DNA of 64,000 bases from an uncultured Deinococcaceae bacterium (GCA_964252075.1 CAXULY010000012.1:1-64000); one strand, 5' to 3'; positions 17,948 to 29,095 are shown, counted from the stretch's first letter. The notes: generated by a model not told the origin, from the sequence alone. Numbers and translations are program-made.

Positions 17948-20614
17948 TCAGTTGGTGCTGCCCAGCACTTCTTCGAGCGTCGTGATGCCCGCGAGGGCCT
18001 TCTCGATGCCGTCCTCGCGCAGCGTCTTGAGGCGGGTGACGGATTCGGTGCGGGCCACGTCGCGGATCTCGGTGCTGCTCTTGCCCTGCACGACCGCCTT
18101 GCGCACCGCGTCGTCCACCGTGAGGAGCTCGTGGATGGCGTAGCGGCCCTTGTAGCCGCTGCCGCCGCAGCGGGGGCAGCCGGTGCCGCGGTAGAGTTTC
18201 TGCCCGCGCAGCTCGTGCTCGCTGAGGCCCAGGCGGCGCAGCACGTCCGGGTCGGCGTTCGTTTCGGTCTTGCACTCCGAGCAGATCTTGCGCACGAGGC
18301 GCTGCCCGAGCACGCCGATGAGGGACGCGGAGATGTTGAAGTTCTCGACACCCATCTCCTCGAGGCGCGTGATGGCGCCGGGCGCGTCGTTCGTGTGCAG
18401 CGTCGCGATCACGAGGTGACCGGTGAGGGCGGCTTCCGTGGCAATCTTGGCGGTCTCGGTGTCTCGAATCTCACCGATCATGATGATGTCCGGGTCCTGA
18501 CGCAGGAAGCTGCGCAGCGCGCGCGCGAAGGTCAGGCCCGCCGCGACGTTCACCTGCGTCTGGTTGATGCCGGGGATCTCGTACTCGACGGGGTCCTCGA
18601 CGGTGGTGGTGTTCACGTCCGGCCGGGAGATGCGCTTCAGGATGCTGAAGGTCGTGAAGGACTTACCGGAGCCGGTGGGGCCCGTGATGAGGAAGATGCC
18701 GTAGGGCTTCTCAATGGTGTCGAGGAACGCCTGGAAGTTGTGCTCGGAGAGACCCAGGGACTCCACCTCGGGGATGTTCGTGGCCTTCTGCAGCAGGCGC
18801 ATCACGGCCTTCTCGCCGTACACCGTGGGGAGCGTGGAGAGTCGCAGGTCGAGGTCGATGGCGCCGCGCTTGAAGCGCACGCGGCCGTCCTGCGGCACGC
18901 GGCGCTCGGCGATGTCCAGCTGACCCATGATCTTGATGCGCGCGGAGATCGCCTGCCCGGAGGTCTTGGGGAGCTCCATCACGTCGCGCAGGTCGCCGTC
19001 CACGCGGTAGCGCACGCGGATGCGGTCCTCGGTCGGCTCGATGTGAATGTCCGAGGCTTCCTGCAGCGCCGCCTCGCGGATGATGTTGTCCACCACGCGC
19101 ACGACGGCGTTGTCGTCCAGCGCGGAGAGGTCCATCTCCGCGCTCGCCGCTTCCTTGGTCTTGGCCTGCGCGGCGAGTTCCTTGTTGAGCTGCGCCATGT
19201 CGGACGCGCCGAAGTACCGCTCGATGAGGCGCGTGATGTCCTTCTCTGCCATCACGGCGGGCACGATGTCGCGGCCCGTGATGAGTTTCAGGTCGTCCAG
19301 CGCGAACACGTTGCGCGGGTCCTTCATCGCGACGACCAGCGCGTCGCCCTTCATGCGGATCGGGAACACCCCGTAGCGGCGCGCGGTGCCCTCGGGAATC
19401 AGCAGCGCGACGCTCGGGTCGGGCGGGCTGCTGTTCGGGTCGAGGAACTCGTAGCCGAGCTGCGCGGCGAGGCTGCGCGCCAGCATCTCGGGGCTGAGCT
19501 TGCCGCTCTGCACGAGGGTGTCCTCGAGGCGACCGCCGCCCGCGTGCTGCTTCTGCAGGGCGGTGTCGATCTCGTCCTTGCCCGCGAAGCCCAGCTCCAC
19601 GATGACCTCGCCGAGCGGCTTGACCTTCCCCTCGCGCGCCTGCACCTGCAGCGCCTCGCGCAGCTGCGAGCGCGACAGGGTGCCCTGCTGCACCATCGCC
19701 TCGCCCAGCCGCCCGCGTTGCGGGTACAGCCGCTCAATCAGGTGCTCCACGTCCGCTGGGCGGGCCAGCATGATCTGCACGGGCTTCCCGATGAGCGCCT
19801 CAATGTCGTCGCGCTTGCGGGGGTCGCTGGTGATGACGGACACCATGCCGCCGCGCTCCTCGACCGGCACGGCGGTGAGGCGCAGGGCGTCGGCGCGCAG
19901 CAGGAGTCCCAGCACGCCCTCCATGGGTTCCTGATCGCGCGGGTTGCGGACGTACACGGCGCCCGCCTGCTCCGCGAGCGTCTCGTACAGCTGCTCCTCG
20001 GTGATCGCGCCGATGTTCACGAGGGCGGTGCCGAGCGGCTCGCCGCTGTTCTTCTGCTCCTCCAGCGCCTGCTCCAGCTGCACTTCGGAGATCAGGCCGC
20101 TGTTCAGCAGGCGCTGGCCGAGCAGGATCACGCGGCCCTCGCCGGTGTTGCCGGGCGTGGGCGCCGCGAGGCCCAGCTCCGGGTACCCGGTCGCGATGGC
20201 GTACAGCATCTGGTCGCGCAGCGCCTGGTAGGGCTCCACGATCAGGCCCGTCTCGTCCTCGACGTTCTCGATGGCGATGGAGTTCAGGGGGTCCACGAAG
20301 GCCACGCGCAGGGTCTCGCCCTCGCGCGCGAAGGGGAAGGCCTGGAACTGGTGCGCGATCTCGCCGTCCAGGGCGCGCACGGCGGCCGGGTCGGGCGTCA
20401 CGAGGCTGAGGTTCACCATCGGGATGCCGAGCGCCTCCTCGACGGCGCGCGCGATGCGCTTCTCGCCCACCATCCCGGAGTCAATCAGGATGTCCGCGAG
20501 GCGCCCACCCACCTCGGAGTGCTTGCCGAGCGCGCGCTGCAGGTCCGTGTCGTTCACGTACCCCTGCTCCAGCAGGATCGCGCCGAGGCGCCGGTCACCG
20601 ATGGAGAGCGTCAC
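17948..20614 (-). CDS. pilB: type IV pilus assembly ATPase PilB (PilF-like, multiple GSPII/MshEN domains)
   Basis: Repeated RLGxxL..G motifs, ASDIHIEP, ERRVPQDGR, GPTGSGKS, RQDPD, CxxC...CxxC zinc site. Confidence 0.95.
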   Translation of the reverse strand: MTLSIGDRRLGAILLEQGYVNDTDLQRALGKHSEVGGRLADILIDSGMVGEKRIARAVEEALGIPMVNLSLVTPDPAAVRALDGEIAHQFQAFPFAREGETLRVAFVDPLNSIAIENVEDETGLIVEPYQALRDQMLYAIATGYPELGLAAPTPGNTGEGRVILLGQRLLNSGLISEVQLEQALEEQKNSGEPLGTALVNIGAITEEQLYETLAEQAGAVYVRNPRDQEPMEGVLGLLLRADALRLTAVPVEERGGMVSVITSDPRKRDDIEALIGKPVQIMLARPADVEHLIERLYPQRGRLGEAMVQQGTLSRSQLREALQVQAREGKVKPLGEVIVELGFAGKDEIDTALQKQHAGGGRLEDTLVQSGKLSPEMLARSLAAQLGYEFLDPNSSPPDPSVALLIPEGTARRYGVFPIRMKGDALVVAMKDPRNVFALDDLKLITGRDIVPAVMAEKDITRLIERYFGASDMAQLNKELAAQAKTKEAASAEMDLSALDDNAVVRVVDNIIREAALQEASDIHIEPTEDRIRVRYRVDGDLRDVMELPKTSGQAISARIKIMGQLDIAERRVPQDGRVRFKRGAIDLDLRLSTLPTVYGEKAVMRLLQKATNIPEVESLGLSEHNFQAFLDTIEKPYGIFLITGPTGSGKSFTTFSILKRISRPDVNTTTVEDPVEYEIPGINQTQVNVAAGLTFARALRSFLRQDPDIIMIGEIRDTETAKIATEAALTGHLVIATLHTNDAPGAITRLEEMGVENFNISASLIGVLGQRLVRKICSECKTETNADPDVLRRLGLSEHELRGQKLYRGTGCPRCGGSGYKGRYAIHELLTVDDAVRKAVVQGKSSTEIRDVARTESVTRLKTLREDGIEKALAGITTLEEVLGSTN

Positions 20615-20680
20615 AGGCGGGCCCCTGTCGGCGTGAGGGGCAGCGGTCGGGTCGCGGTGCTCATGTCAGGTCCTCCCATG

Positions 20681-21181
20681 TCAGGGCCTCCAGGTGTGGC
20701 CGTAGCGCTTGAGGACCGCGCGCTCGATGCGGCGGGCCAGTTTCGTGTGGGGCAGGGCGTTGTCCGCGAGGGGCCGCACCATGATGGTGAACATGCCGCT
20801 GAGGTTGCCGCCCAGCACGTCCGTGAAGAGCTGATCGCCGACCATGGCGACCTCGGCGGGCGTGAGGCCCATGCCGCGCGCCGCGCGGCGGAACCCGCGC
20901 GGGATGGGCTTGCTGGACAGGCCCTTCCCCGCGAAACCCAGGCGCTCCGTCCAGAAGCGCACGCGTTCGCGCGTGGCGTTGGAGAGCAGGAACAGTTTCA
21001 CGCCCGCGAGCTGCAGGTTGGTCGCCCAGGTGGCGATCTCCTTCTCGTCCTCGTAGGAGCCGTACGCGATCAGGGTGTTGTCGAGGTCCAGCAGCAGGCC
21101 GCGCAGGCCGTGCGTGGTGAGCAGGTCGGTCGTGATTTCGGTGACGTGGTCCAGCACCAGGCGCGGACGCAGCACACTCAT
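20681..21181 (-). CDS. YqeG family HAD IIIA phosphatase
   Basis: LLDLDNTL, LSNA, KP, MVGDQLFTDVLGGN. Confidence 0.92.
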   Translation of the reverse strand: MSVLRPRLVLDHVTEITTDLLTTHGLRGLLLDLDNTLIAYGSYEDEKEIATWATNLQLAGVKLFLLSNATRERVRFWTERLGFAGKGLSSKPIPRGFRRAARGMGLTPAEVAMVGDQLFTDVLGGNLSGMFTIMVRPLADNALPHTKLARRIERAVLKRYGHTWRP

Positions 21182-21218
21182 GCGACTCCTCCTGGCGCGA
21201 CGGAACGAGATGAACGGT

Positions 21219-21971
21219 TCACGATTCGTTCATTTTAGCGCTGATTGCGGCCCACATCCGCCCAGTTTTTCCATTGTCCCGCCGGTACGAGTAGAAGTCC
21301 GGCTCGAAGGTGCAGCGCGCGCTGTGCCAGACGTGCGCGGCGGGCACCCCCGCCTCGGCCAGCACGGCGGCGTTCGCGGCGGCGAGGTCCAGGTGATGGC
21401 GGGGCGGGCCCGGCTCGCGGTGCAGGGACCGCGGGGACGGCACGAGCGCCACGCCCAGGCCCGCGCGCTCGAAGGCCAGCGCGACTTCCGGGCCGACCGG
21501 GTAGTGCTCCGCGCAGATGCCCGGCCCGATGGCCGCGCGGATGTTCTCCGGGCGCGCGCCGAGTGCCACCATGGCCTCCACCGTGCGCGCCGCGATGCGC
21601 GCCACCGTGCCGCGCCAGCCCGCGTGCGCGGCGCCCACCACGCCCGCCACGGCGTCCTCCAGCAGCACCGGGAAGCAGTCGGCGGTGCCGATCACCAGCA
21701 GCAGGTCCGGGTCGTCTGTCACCTGCGCGTCCGCCGTCTGCACACCGGCGCGGGCGCGCACCACGTCGTGGCCGTGCACCTGCTGGAGGCGCGCGGCGTG
21801 CTCGGGCCGGAAGCCCAGCACGCCCAGGGCGCGCAGGCGGTTCTCGCGCACGCGGTCCGGGTGGTCCTCACGGTCGTCGAGGTTGAGTCCAGCGTACGGC
21901 GCTTCGGACACGCCACCCGAGCGCGTCGAGAAGCCATGGGCGACAAGGAGGTTGGGAGCGCTGAGCCACAT
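21219..21971 (-). CDS. pgeF: peptidoglycan editing factor PgeF / YfiH laccase-domain protein
   Basis: HGFSTRSGGVS, QVHG, TADCFPVL, AHAGWRG, IGPGIC, CT...FYSYRR. Confidence 0.92.
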   Translation of the reverse strand: MWLSAPNLLVAHGFSTRSGGVSEAPYAGLNLDDREDHPDRVRENRLRALGVLGFRPEHAARLQQVHGHDVVRARAGVQTADAQVTDDPDLLLVIGTADCFPVLLEDAVAGVVGAAHAGWRGTVARIAARTVEAMVALGARPENIRAAIGPGICAEHYPVGPEVALAFERAGLGVALVPSPRSLHREPGPPRHHLDLAAANAAVLAEAGVPAAHVWHSARCTFEPDFYSYRRDNGKTGRMWAAISAKMNES

Positions 21972-22071
21972 GACAGCACAGAGTCTCCCACCGCCGCTGT
22001 CACAGGTCTCTGACCAGCGCCGCTTTTCGGCCTCACGCGGCGTCCGGCGCGCCTCTGGTAGACTCGCGCCC

Positions 22072-22857
22072 ATGATCAGCATCGACATGAGCGGCAAGAC
22101 GGCCCTGGTGATGGGCGTCGCGAACGCGCGCAGCCTCGGCTGGGCCATCGCGGAGCAGCTCCTCGCGGCGGGCTGCCGGGTGGGCTTCTCCTACCAGGGC
22201 GAGCGCCTCAAGGGCGAGCTCGACAAGCTGCTCGCGGGCCGGGACGGCGTGTGGAGCCAGCAGGCGGACGCCACCAGCGAGGCGGACCTCACCGCCCTGT
22301 TCGAGCGCGCGCAGGGCGAGTTCGGGGGACTGGATTACGTGGTGCACGCCATCGGCTTCGCGCCGCGCGCCGCAATGGAGGGCCGCTTCGTGGACACCAC
22401 GCCCGAGGACTGGGCGGTCGCCCTGAACGTCAGCGCCTACACCTTCGTGGCGGTCGCGCGGCACGCCGAGCCGCTGCTGCGCGAGGGCGGCGGCCTCGTG
22501 ACGCTCACGCACCACGCCAGCCAGCAGGTGTTCCCGAAGTACAACGTGATGGGCGTCGCGAAGGCCGCGCTGGAGGCCGCCACCCGCTACCTCGCCAGCG
22601 ACCTCGGCGTGAAGGGCGTGCGGGTGAACGCCATCAGCGCGGGCCCCGCGCGGACCGTCGCGGCGCGCAGCATCCCCGGCTTCTCCGGCATGTTTGAGAA
22701 GGCGGGCGAATCGGCGGCCCTGCGGCGCAACATCACGAACGACGAGGTGGGGAAGCTCGGCGTGTACCTGCTCAGCGACCTCGCGAGCGGCGTGACGGGC
22801 CAGACGGTGTACGTGGACGCGGGCGCGTACATCATGGCGATGAAACCACAGGACTGA
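22072..22857 (+). CDS. fabI: enoyl-ACP reductase FabI
   Basis: GVANARSLGW, HAIGFAP, YNVMGVAKAALE, VNAISAGP.RT. Confidence 0.95.
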   Translation: MISIDMSGKTALVMGVANARSLGWAIAEQLLAAGCRVGFSYQGERLKGELDKLLAGRDGVWSQQADATSEADLTALFERAQGEFGGLDYVVHAIGFAPRAAMEGRFVDTTPEDWAVALNVSAYTFVAVARHAEPLLREGGGLVTLTHHASQQVFPKYNVMGVAKAALEAATRYLASDLGVKGVRVNAISAGPARTVAARSIPGFSGMFEKAGESAALRRNITNDEVGKLGVYLLSDLASGVTGQTVYVDAGAYIMAMKPQD

Positions 22858-22933
22858 GCGCCCCACGCGGGCGCGGTGCAGCTCAAGGTTCTGTAAAGGC
22901 CAGCGCCGCGCCCCGCCCGCCATCATGCAGGTC

Positions 22934-23437
22934 ATGACGACCGCCACGCCCACCGCCCTGCTCGTCCTGGGCGCCCAGCGCGCCCTGCTGGATTCGCCCG
23001 GACCCCTGATGGGCGCGGAGTCGCTCGTGCAGCACCTGCGCCCCCTGGTGGAACGCGCGCGGCGCAGCGGCAGCTACGTGGTGTTCCTGCAGCATGACGG
23101 CGCGCCCGGCCAGCCGGACGAACCCTTCAGCAAAGGCTGGACGCTGCACAACGACTTCCGCGTGGAGCACGGCGACCTCCTGCTGCGCCACGCGCACCCG
23201 GACCCTTTCGAGGGCAGCAGCCTGGACGGCGAACTGCGCACGCGCGCGGTGCGCCGCGTGATCCTGGCGGGCGCGCCCAGCCGCGACCTGCTGGTCACCG
23301 CGCGCACCGCGCACACCCTGGGGTACGAGGTGGCGCTCGTGCGGGACGCGCACGCCGACCCGGACGCCGCCCTGGTGAATGAGGTGAACACCATGCTGGT
23401 GGGCGCCGAGGTGAACGACCTCTACCCGGAGTCCTGA
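22934..23437 (+). CDS. isochorismatase-family protein (catalytic residues apparently lost)
   Basis: TALLV, VVFLQHDG, GW.LH, GYEVALVRDAH; alternative start 22925. Confidence 0.8.
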   Translation: MTTATPTALLVLGAQRALLDSPGPLMGAESLVQHLRPLVERARRSGSYVVFLQHDGAPGQPDEPFSKGWTLHNDFRVEHGDLLLRHAHPDPFEGSSLDGELRTRAVRRVILAGAPSRDLLVTARTAHTLGYEVALVRDAHADPDAALVNEVNTMLVGAEVNDLYPES

Positions 23438-23500
23438 CGCCCGCGCTTGTGACGTGACCCGCCCTCACGCGCGCGGCGCGTCACTATCATGGGCGCACCC

Positions 23501-24766
23501 ATGCGCCTCTTGCTCCTGGGCCTGCTGCTGACCGCGCAGGCCGCCCTCGCCAGCCCCGCTACCGACCTCTTCGACCGCGCCGCAGGGCTCGTGCAGGAAC
23601 ACTACCACGGCTTCTCCAGCGTGAACCCCGCCGCGCAGGCGCAGGCGGTCCGGGCGGACCTCACGCGCGCCTGCGCGGACGCGCCCGACACCTGCCCCAT
23701 CACGAACGGCGAGGCGGCCCTGAACCGCTACCTGAGCGCCTTCGGGGACGGACACCTGTACGCCCTCTCCCCCGACCGCTACGCCCTCACCCGCGCGCGG
23801 TACACCGCCAGCGTGCCGCCGCAGGCGACCTTCGGGCTGGTGCTGGGGCCCAGCGGGCGCGGCGGCACGCTCGTCACGGATGTGGTGGCGGGCAGCCCCG
23901 CCGACCGCGCGGGCCTGCACCCCGGCGACCGCCTGCAGACGCCGGACGGGCAGGCGCTCCAGGCGGCGGGCCTGGACAATCAGGCCACGCTGGACGTGCA
24001 GGTGGCGCGCGGCCCCGTGAGTGCCCCCAGCGAGCGCCGCGTGACGCTCACGCGCGCCACCCTCGCGCCCCTGCTGCTCCCCGAGCTGTTCGCGCCCGCG
24101 GACGCCCCGGCGGGCGTGCTGGTGCTGCGCGTCCCGAACTTCCAGTACGCGCAGCAGGTCGGCCCGCGCGTGCACGCCCTCGTGCGCGAGGCGCAGGCGC
24201 GCGGCGCGCGCGGCCTGATCCTCGACCTGCGCGGCGGGCGGGGCGGCAGCAACTACGAGTGCGAGATGGCCGCCGGGGCGTTCATCGGCCCCTTCCGGTA
24301 CGAGGTGGAGACGCGGCGCGGCACCTTCCCCGCCGGGTGGACGGGCACGCGCAGCCTCGACGCGTCCGACCGCGCGTACATCGGCGTGGGCGCCCAGTGG
24401 ACCAGCGAGAGCCTCGCGTACGACCTCCCCGACCCCGCCCGCTGGACCGGCCCGACCGCCGTGCTGTTGGACGGCGACACGGCGTCCTGCCATGAGTACG
24501 CCGCGTACTTCCTGCAGCAGGCGGGGCGCGCGAAAGTGATTGGCGCGCCCACGCGCGGTCTGCTGAACACCGGGGACCTCGTGGTGGACCTCCCGGACGG
24601 CGGCGGGCTGTTCCTGCCCGCCTTTCGCAGCTTCACCCAGGACGGGCAGGTCTTCCCGCAGCGCGTCACGCCAGACGTAACGGTCACACCCAACCCACAG
24701 GGTTTCGCGGACACCGGGGATGACCCCATGCTGGACGCCGCGTACTCGGCGCTCGGACTGAAGTAA
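23501..24766 (+). CDS. secreted S41 family peptidase with PDZ domain
   Basis: Signal peptide, DGH, GSPADRAGL.PGD (PDZ), LILDLRG..GG, TASCHE, IGAPTRG; alternative start 23489. Confidence 0.85.
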   Translation: MRLLLLGLLLTAQAALASPATDLFDRAAGLVQEHYHGFSSVNPAAQAQAVRADLTRACADAPDTCPITNGEAALNRYLSAFGDGHLYALSPDRYALTRARYTASVPPQATFGLVLGPSGRGGTLVTDVVAGSPADRAGLHPGDRLQTPDGQALQAAGLDNQATLDVQVARGPVSAPSERRVTLTRATLAPLLLPELFAPADAPAGVLVLRVPNFQYAQQVGPRVHALVREAQARGARGLILDLRGGRGGSNYECEMAAGAFIGPFRYEVETRRGTFPAGWTGTRSLDASDRAYIGVGAQWTSESLAYDLPDPARWTGPTAVLLDGDTASCHEYAAYFLQQAGRAKVIGAPTRGLLNTGDLVVDLPDGGGLFLPAFRSFTQDGQVFPQRVTPDVTVTPNPQGFADTGDDPMLDAAYSALGLK

Positions 24767-24779
24767 CTGAAGTAAGCGC

Positions 24780-25316
24780 TCAGCCTGCGGCCGACGCGGC
24801 GCGCACCCACGACGCGACCTCCGGCACTTCCACCCCGCTTGAGGTGTCCAGCGTGAGCAGCGGCGCCCCCAGGTCGAGGGGGCGCACGCAGGCCTGCGGG
24901 GACAACTGCGCCCAGAGGTCCGCCTTGTGGATGTGCGGGTGCTCGCCCGCCTCCACGCGGGCGGCGTGGCGCTCGCGCAGCAGCTCCAGTGGCGCCGTGC
25001 AGTGCACCTGCAACAGCGTCGCGGCGTGCTCCTGAGTGAGCGCCAGGATCATGGGTTCGCTCACGCCCAGATAGAAGTGTGTCTCCAGCACGCAGCTGGT
25101 CCCGGCGCGCAGCGCGACCCCCGCGACGTGGTACATCAGCGTGAAGCTGAGTGGCCCGGCCTGGGCGCGCGTGAGGTCCGGGAGTGCCTCGTGCAGGATC
25201 TCCTTGTACTCGTCCTTCGTCACGAAAGGCCCGCCGAGCGCGACCGCGAGGCGCGAGCCGAGGTGCGTCTTGCCGGCAGCGGGGAGGCCCGTCACGACGG
25301 TGAGGGTGGGCACCAT
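24780..25316 (-). CDS. P-loop kinase-like (AAA_33-type) protein
   Basis: VTGLPAAGKT Walker A, KDEYKE, R..AR lid. Confidence 0.85.
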   Translation of the reverse strand: MVPTLTVVTGLPAAGKTHLGSRLAVALGGPFVTKDEYKEILHEALPDLTRAQAGPLSFTLMYHVAGVALRAGTSCVLETHFYLGVSEPMILALTQEHAATLLQVHCTAPLELLRERHAARVEAGEHPHIHKADLWAQLSPQACVRPLDLGAPLLTLDTSSGVEVPEVASWVRAASAAG

Positions 25317-25340
25317 GGGGGTGAGTGTACGCTGAACAGG

Positions 25341-25375
25341 AGGAAGGGCCGGAGCAGTGCGCTCCGGCCCTTCCT
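25341..25375 (-). terminator. terminator hairpin after groL
   Basis: AGGAAGGGCCGGAGC-N5-GCTCCGGCCCTTCCT 15-bp stem. Confidence 0.7.
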
Positions 25376-25390
25376 TCAGCGTGCGTTCGC

Positions 25391-27046
<1,656 letters not shown>

Positions 27047-27071
27047 TTAATGAGTTGGAAGAATGCGCGGC

Positions 27072-27359
27072 TTACTCAACGATGGCGAGGATGTCGCGTT
27101 CGCTGAGGATGCTGTAGTTCTTGCCTTCGAGCGTCACTTCGGTGCCGCCGTACTTTGCGAAGTACACGGTGTCGCCGACGTTGACTTCGGGCGCCACCTT
27201 GCTGCCGTTGTCGAGCGTCTTGCCCGATCCGACGGCCACGACCTTGCCGCGCTGGCTCTTTTCCTTGGCGGTGTCGGGCACGTACAGCCCACCAGCGGTC
27301 TTCTGCTCGGCTTCCTCAACAATCTCCACCAGCACTCGGTCGCCTAATGGTTTCAGCAT
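27072..27359 (-). CDS. groES: co-chaperonin GroES
   Basis: [32 protein letters not shown]. Confidence 0.99.
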   Translation of the reverse strand: MLKPLGDRVLVEIVEEAEQKTAGGLYVPDTAKEKSQRGKVVAVGSGKTLDNGSKVAPEVNVGDTVYFAKYGGTEVTLEGKNYSILSERDILAIVE

Positions 27360-27431
27360 GGGGTACCTTCCTCCAGACAGTGATATGGCTGACCGGTCGC
27401 GGCACTCGCGCTCGGTCGAACTCCAAAGGGC

Positions 27432-27497
27432 ATGTTATCGGCTGGCTCAGCACACTGTCAATAAGGCGAACATAAGATGTGAGTGCTTGCCGCTCAA
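27432..27497 (-). promoter_or_regulatory. groESL promoter with HAIR (HspR)-like operator
   Basis: TTGACA-18-TAACAT on the minus strand; TTGAGC-N7-ACTCA at 27480-27497 resembles HAIR CTTGAGT-N7-ACTCAAG. Confidence 0.65.
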
Positions 27498-27652
27498 CCC
27501 CCATGTGTGTCTCTGTGTCAGCCATGAGGGCGCGCTTTCATGTGAACGTTATTCATGCTGGATGAAGGCAGGGCGGGCACACTGACCGCGGATGCAGGCT
27601 GGTCGCGCGAGTGCACCGCGCACCAATCTTCGCCTGCCGCCCCGGAGTGCCC

Positions 27653-27907
27653 GTGAACCGAGCCGTGATCGCCCTGACCCTCCTCTGTGGCCTCGCCCTG
27701 ACGGTGCCCGCCTCGGCTGCGCCCATGAGGACGCAGACCGCAAAGGTGCACACCACCACAATGCATGTCAAGAAGACCGGCACCTTGCAGGTGGCGCACA
27801 AAAAGCACACGGCGAAGCACCCCGTCCGCCACGCGAAGGTTCTGCACAGGACCGCTATAAAGGTGCAGAAGGTCCGCGCCATGATGCACCCCGCTAAACA
27901 CAAGTAA
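27653..27907 (+). CDS. small secreted His/Lys-rich protein
   Basis: GGAG plus GTG start; signal peptide ending ASA|A; mature part rich in K and H. Confidence 0.65.
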   Translation: MNRAVIALTLLCGLALTVPASAAPMRTQTAKVHTTTMHVKKTGTLQVAHKKHTAKHPVRHAKVLHRTAIKVQKVRAMMHPAKHK

Positions 27908-27957
27908 GGCCCTTTCTTCCCCTGGTATAAGGCCCGGCATGAAGCTGGGCCTTGACT

Positions 27958-27998
27958 TTTACACATACGCCGAACATATATATGCTATGCGACATATG
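27958..27998 (+). promoter_or_regulatory. promoter with CATAT/ATATG repeats (candidate operator)
   Basis: TTTACA-17-TATGCT overlapped by CATATATATG and followed by CATATG. Confidence 0.5.
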
Positions 27999-28009
27999 CG
28001 AGGAGTGAT

Positions 28010-28615
28010 ATGACTATTCTGGCCCTGCTGGACCGCTCTGCCCTGGAGGATGCGCTGAACGCCCGCGCAGACCTCCCCGTGTCCCTCGCACTGATTGACC
28101 TGGACCACTTCAAGGGAGTGAACGACGCGCTCGGGCACGACGAGGGCGACCGCATCCTGCGCGCCGTGGAGCGCCTGCTGACCGACAGCCTCCCCGCAGG
28201 CAGCCTCGTCGCGCGCGTCGGGGGCGACGAGTACGCGGTGGCCTTTCCCGACACCCCACCTGAAACCGCCCTGATCCTGCTGGACGAAGTGCAGCGCCAC
28301 TTCAGTGCAAACCGCGCGCCGCGCTGGCCGGAGAACCTGGGGCTGTCCATCGGCATCGCGGCGCGGCCCGCGCACGCGACGGGCACGGCCGAGCTGTTTC
28401 GCGCGGCGGACGAGGCCGTGCTGCGCGCCAAGCGCGAGGGGCGCGGCCGCACCGCCATTTACGTGGAATCCAAGATGGTCCTGAAGAGCAACTACTTCCC
28501 GCGCGCCGCACTGGAGCGGCTCAGCAAGCTCTCCGCCGCGCTCGGCCGCACCGAGGCGAGCCTGCTGCGCGAGGCGCTGGAAGACCTCGTGGAGAAGCAC
28601 CGCGAAACGCTGTGA
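28010..28615 (+). CDS. GGDEF domain protein with C-terminal ribbon-helix-helix domain
   Basis: [42 protein letters not shown], then [31 protein letters not shown]. Confidence 0.88.
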   Translation: MTILALLDRSALEDALNARADLPVSLALIDLDHFKGVNDALGHDEGDRILRAVERLLTDSLPAGSLVARVGGDEYAVAFPDTPPETALILLDEVQRHFSANRAPRWPENLGLSIGIAARPAHATGTAELFRAADEAVLRAKREGRGRTAIYVESKMVLKSNYFPRAALERLSKLSAALGRTEASLLREALEDLVEKHRETL

Positions 28616-29095
28616 CGCCCCGCTGTCCCTGCCGGAATTCACGCAGCCAGACAGCGACGCCATACACTACACACCACGGCAATGCCCTGCCCGCCATGTG
28701 TGGCCGCCCTGGTCATGAGCGACCTGCGCGGCTTGAGTGACGCGGCGCCGGAACTGTGGCCCAGCTGTTCACCCACGACCCCTACCTGAGCCACAAGGGC
28801 TTTCGTGTCACACGCGCCCGAGGTACTGCTGCGCGTATGCCTGCTGTTGCTCTCGGCGGTGTTCGAGGAGGCGCACACGCTCGCATTCGGCGTCCCGCTC
28901 GTGCAGCCTTCGAGGGCACGGAGCCTGACACGCTCGCGTAGGCCGAAGCGCTGTCCACGCGTGGGCGGCTGCCCGCGTGGCGCACGGGGGGCCGTCCGGC
29001 GGGCGAGGTCTTGGCCGCACTGATGGGTGACGCCCACCCGCAGATTTTCAGCCCTGCCGCTTTCAATTGAAGAACACGCGCCTGAAAATGGCGGC

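Noticed and set aside
27400..27497. CIRCE element upstream of groES
   Set aside because: Only half-site words (GCACTC/GAGTGC) without the 9-bp-spaced inverted arrangement.
28620..29025. Short overlapping ORFs as a RiPP precursor for TldD/E or a pseudogene
   Set aside because: No RBS, leader/core pattern or modification enzymes; may be a decayed gene but cannot be assigned.
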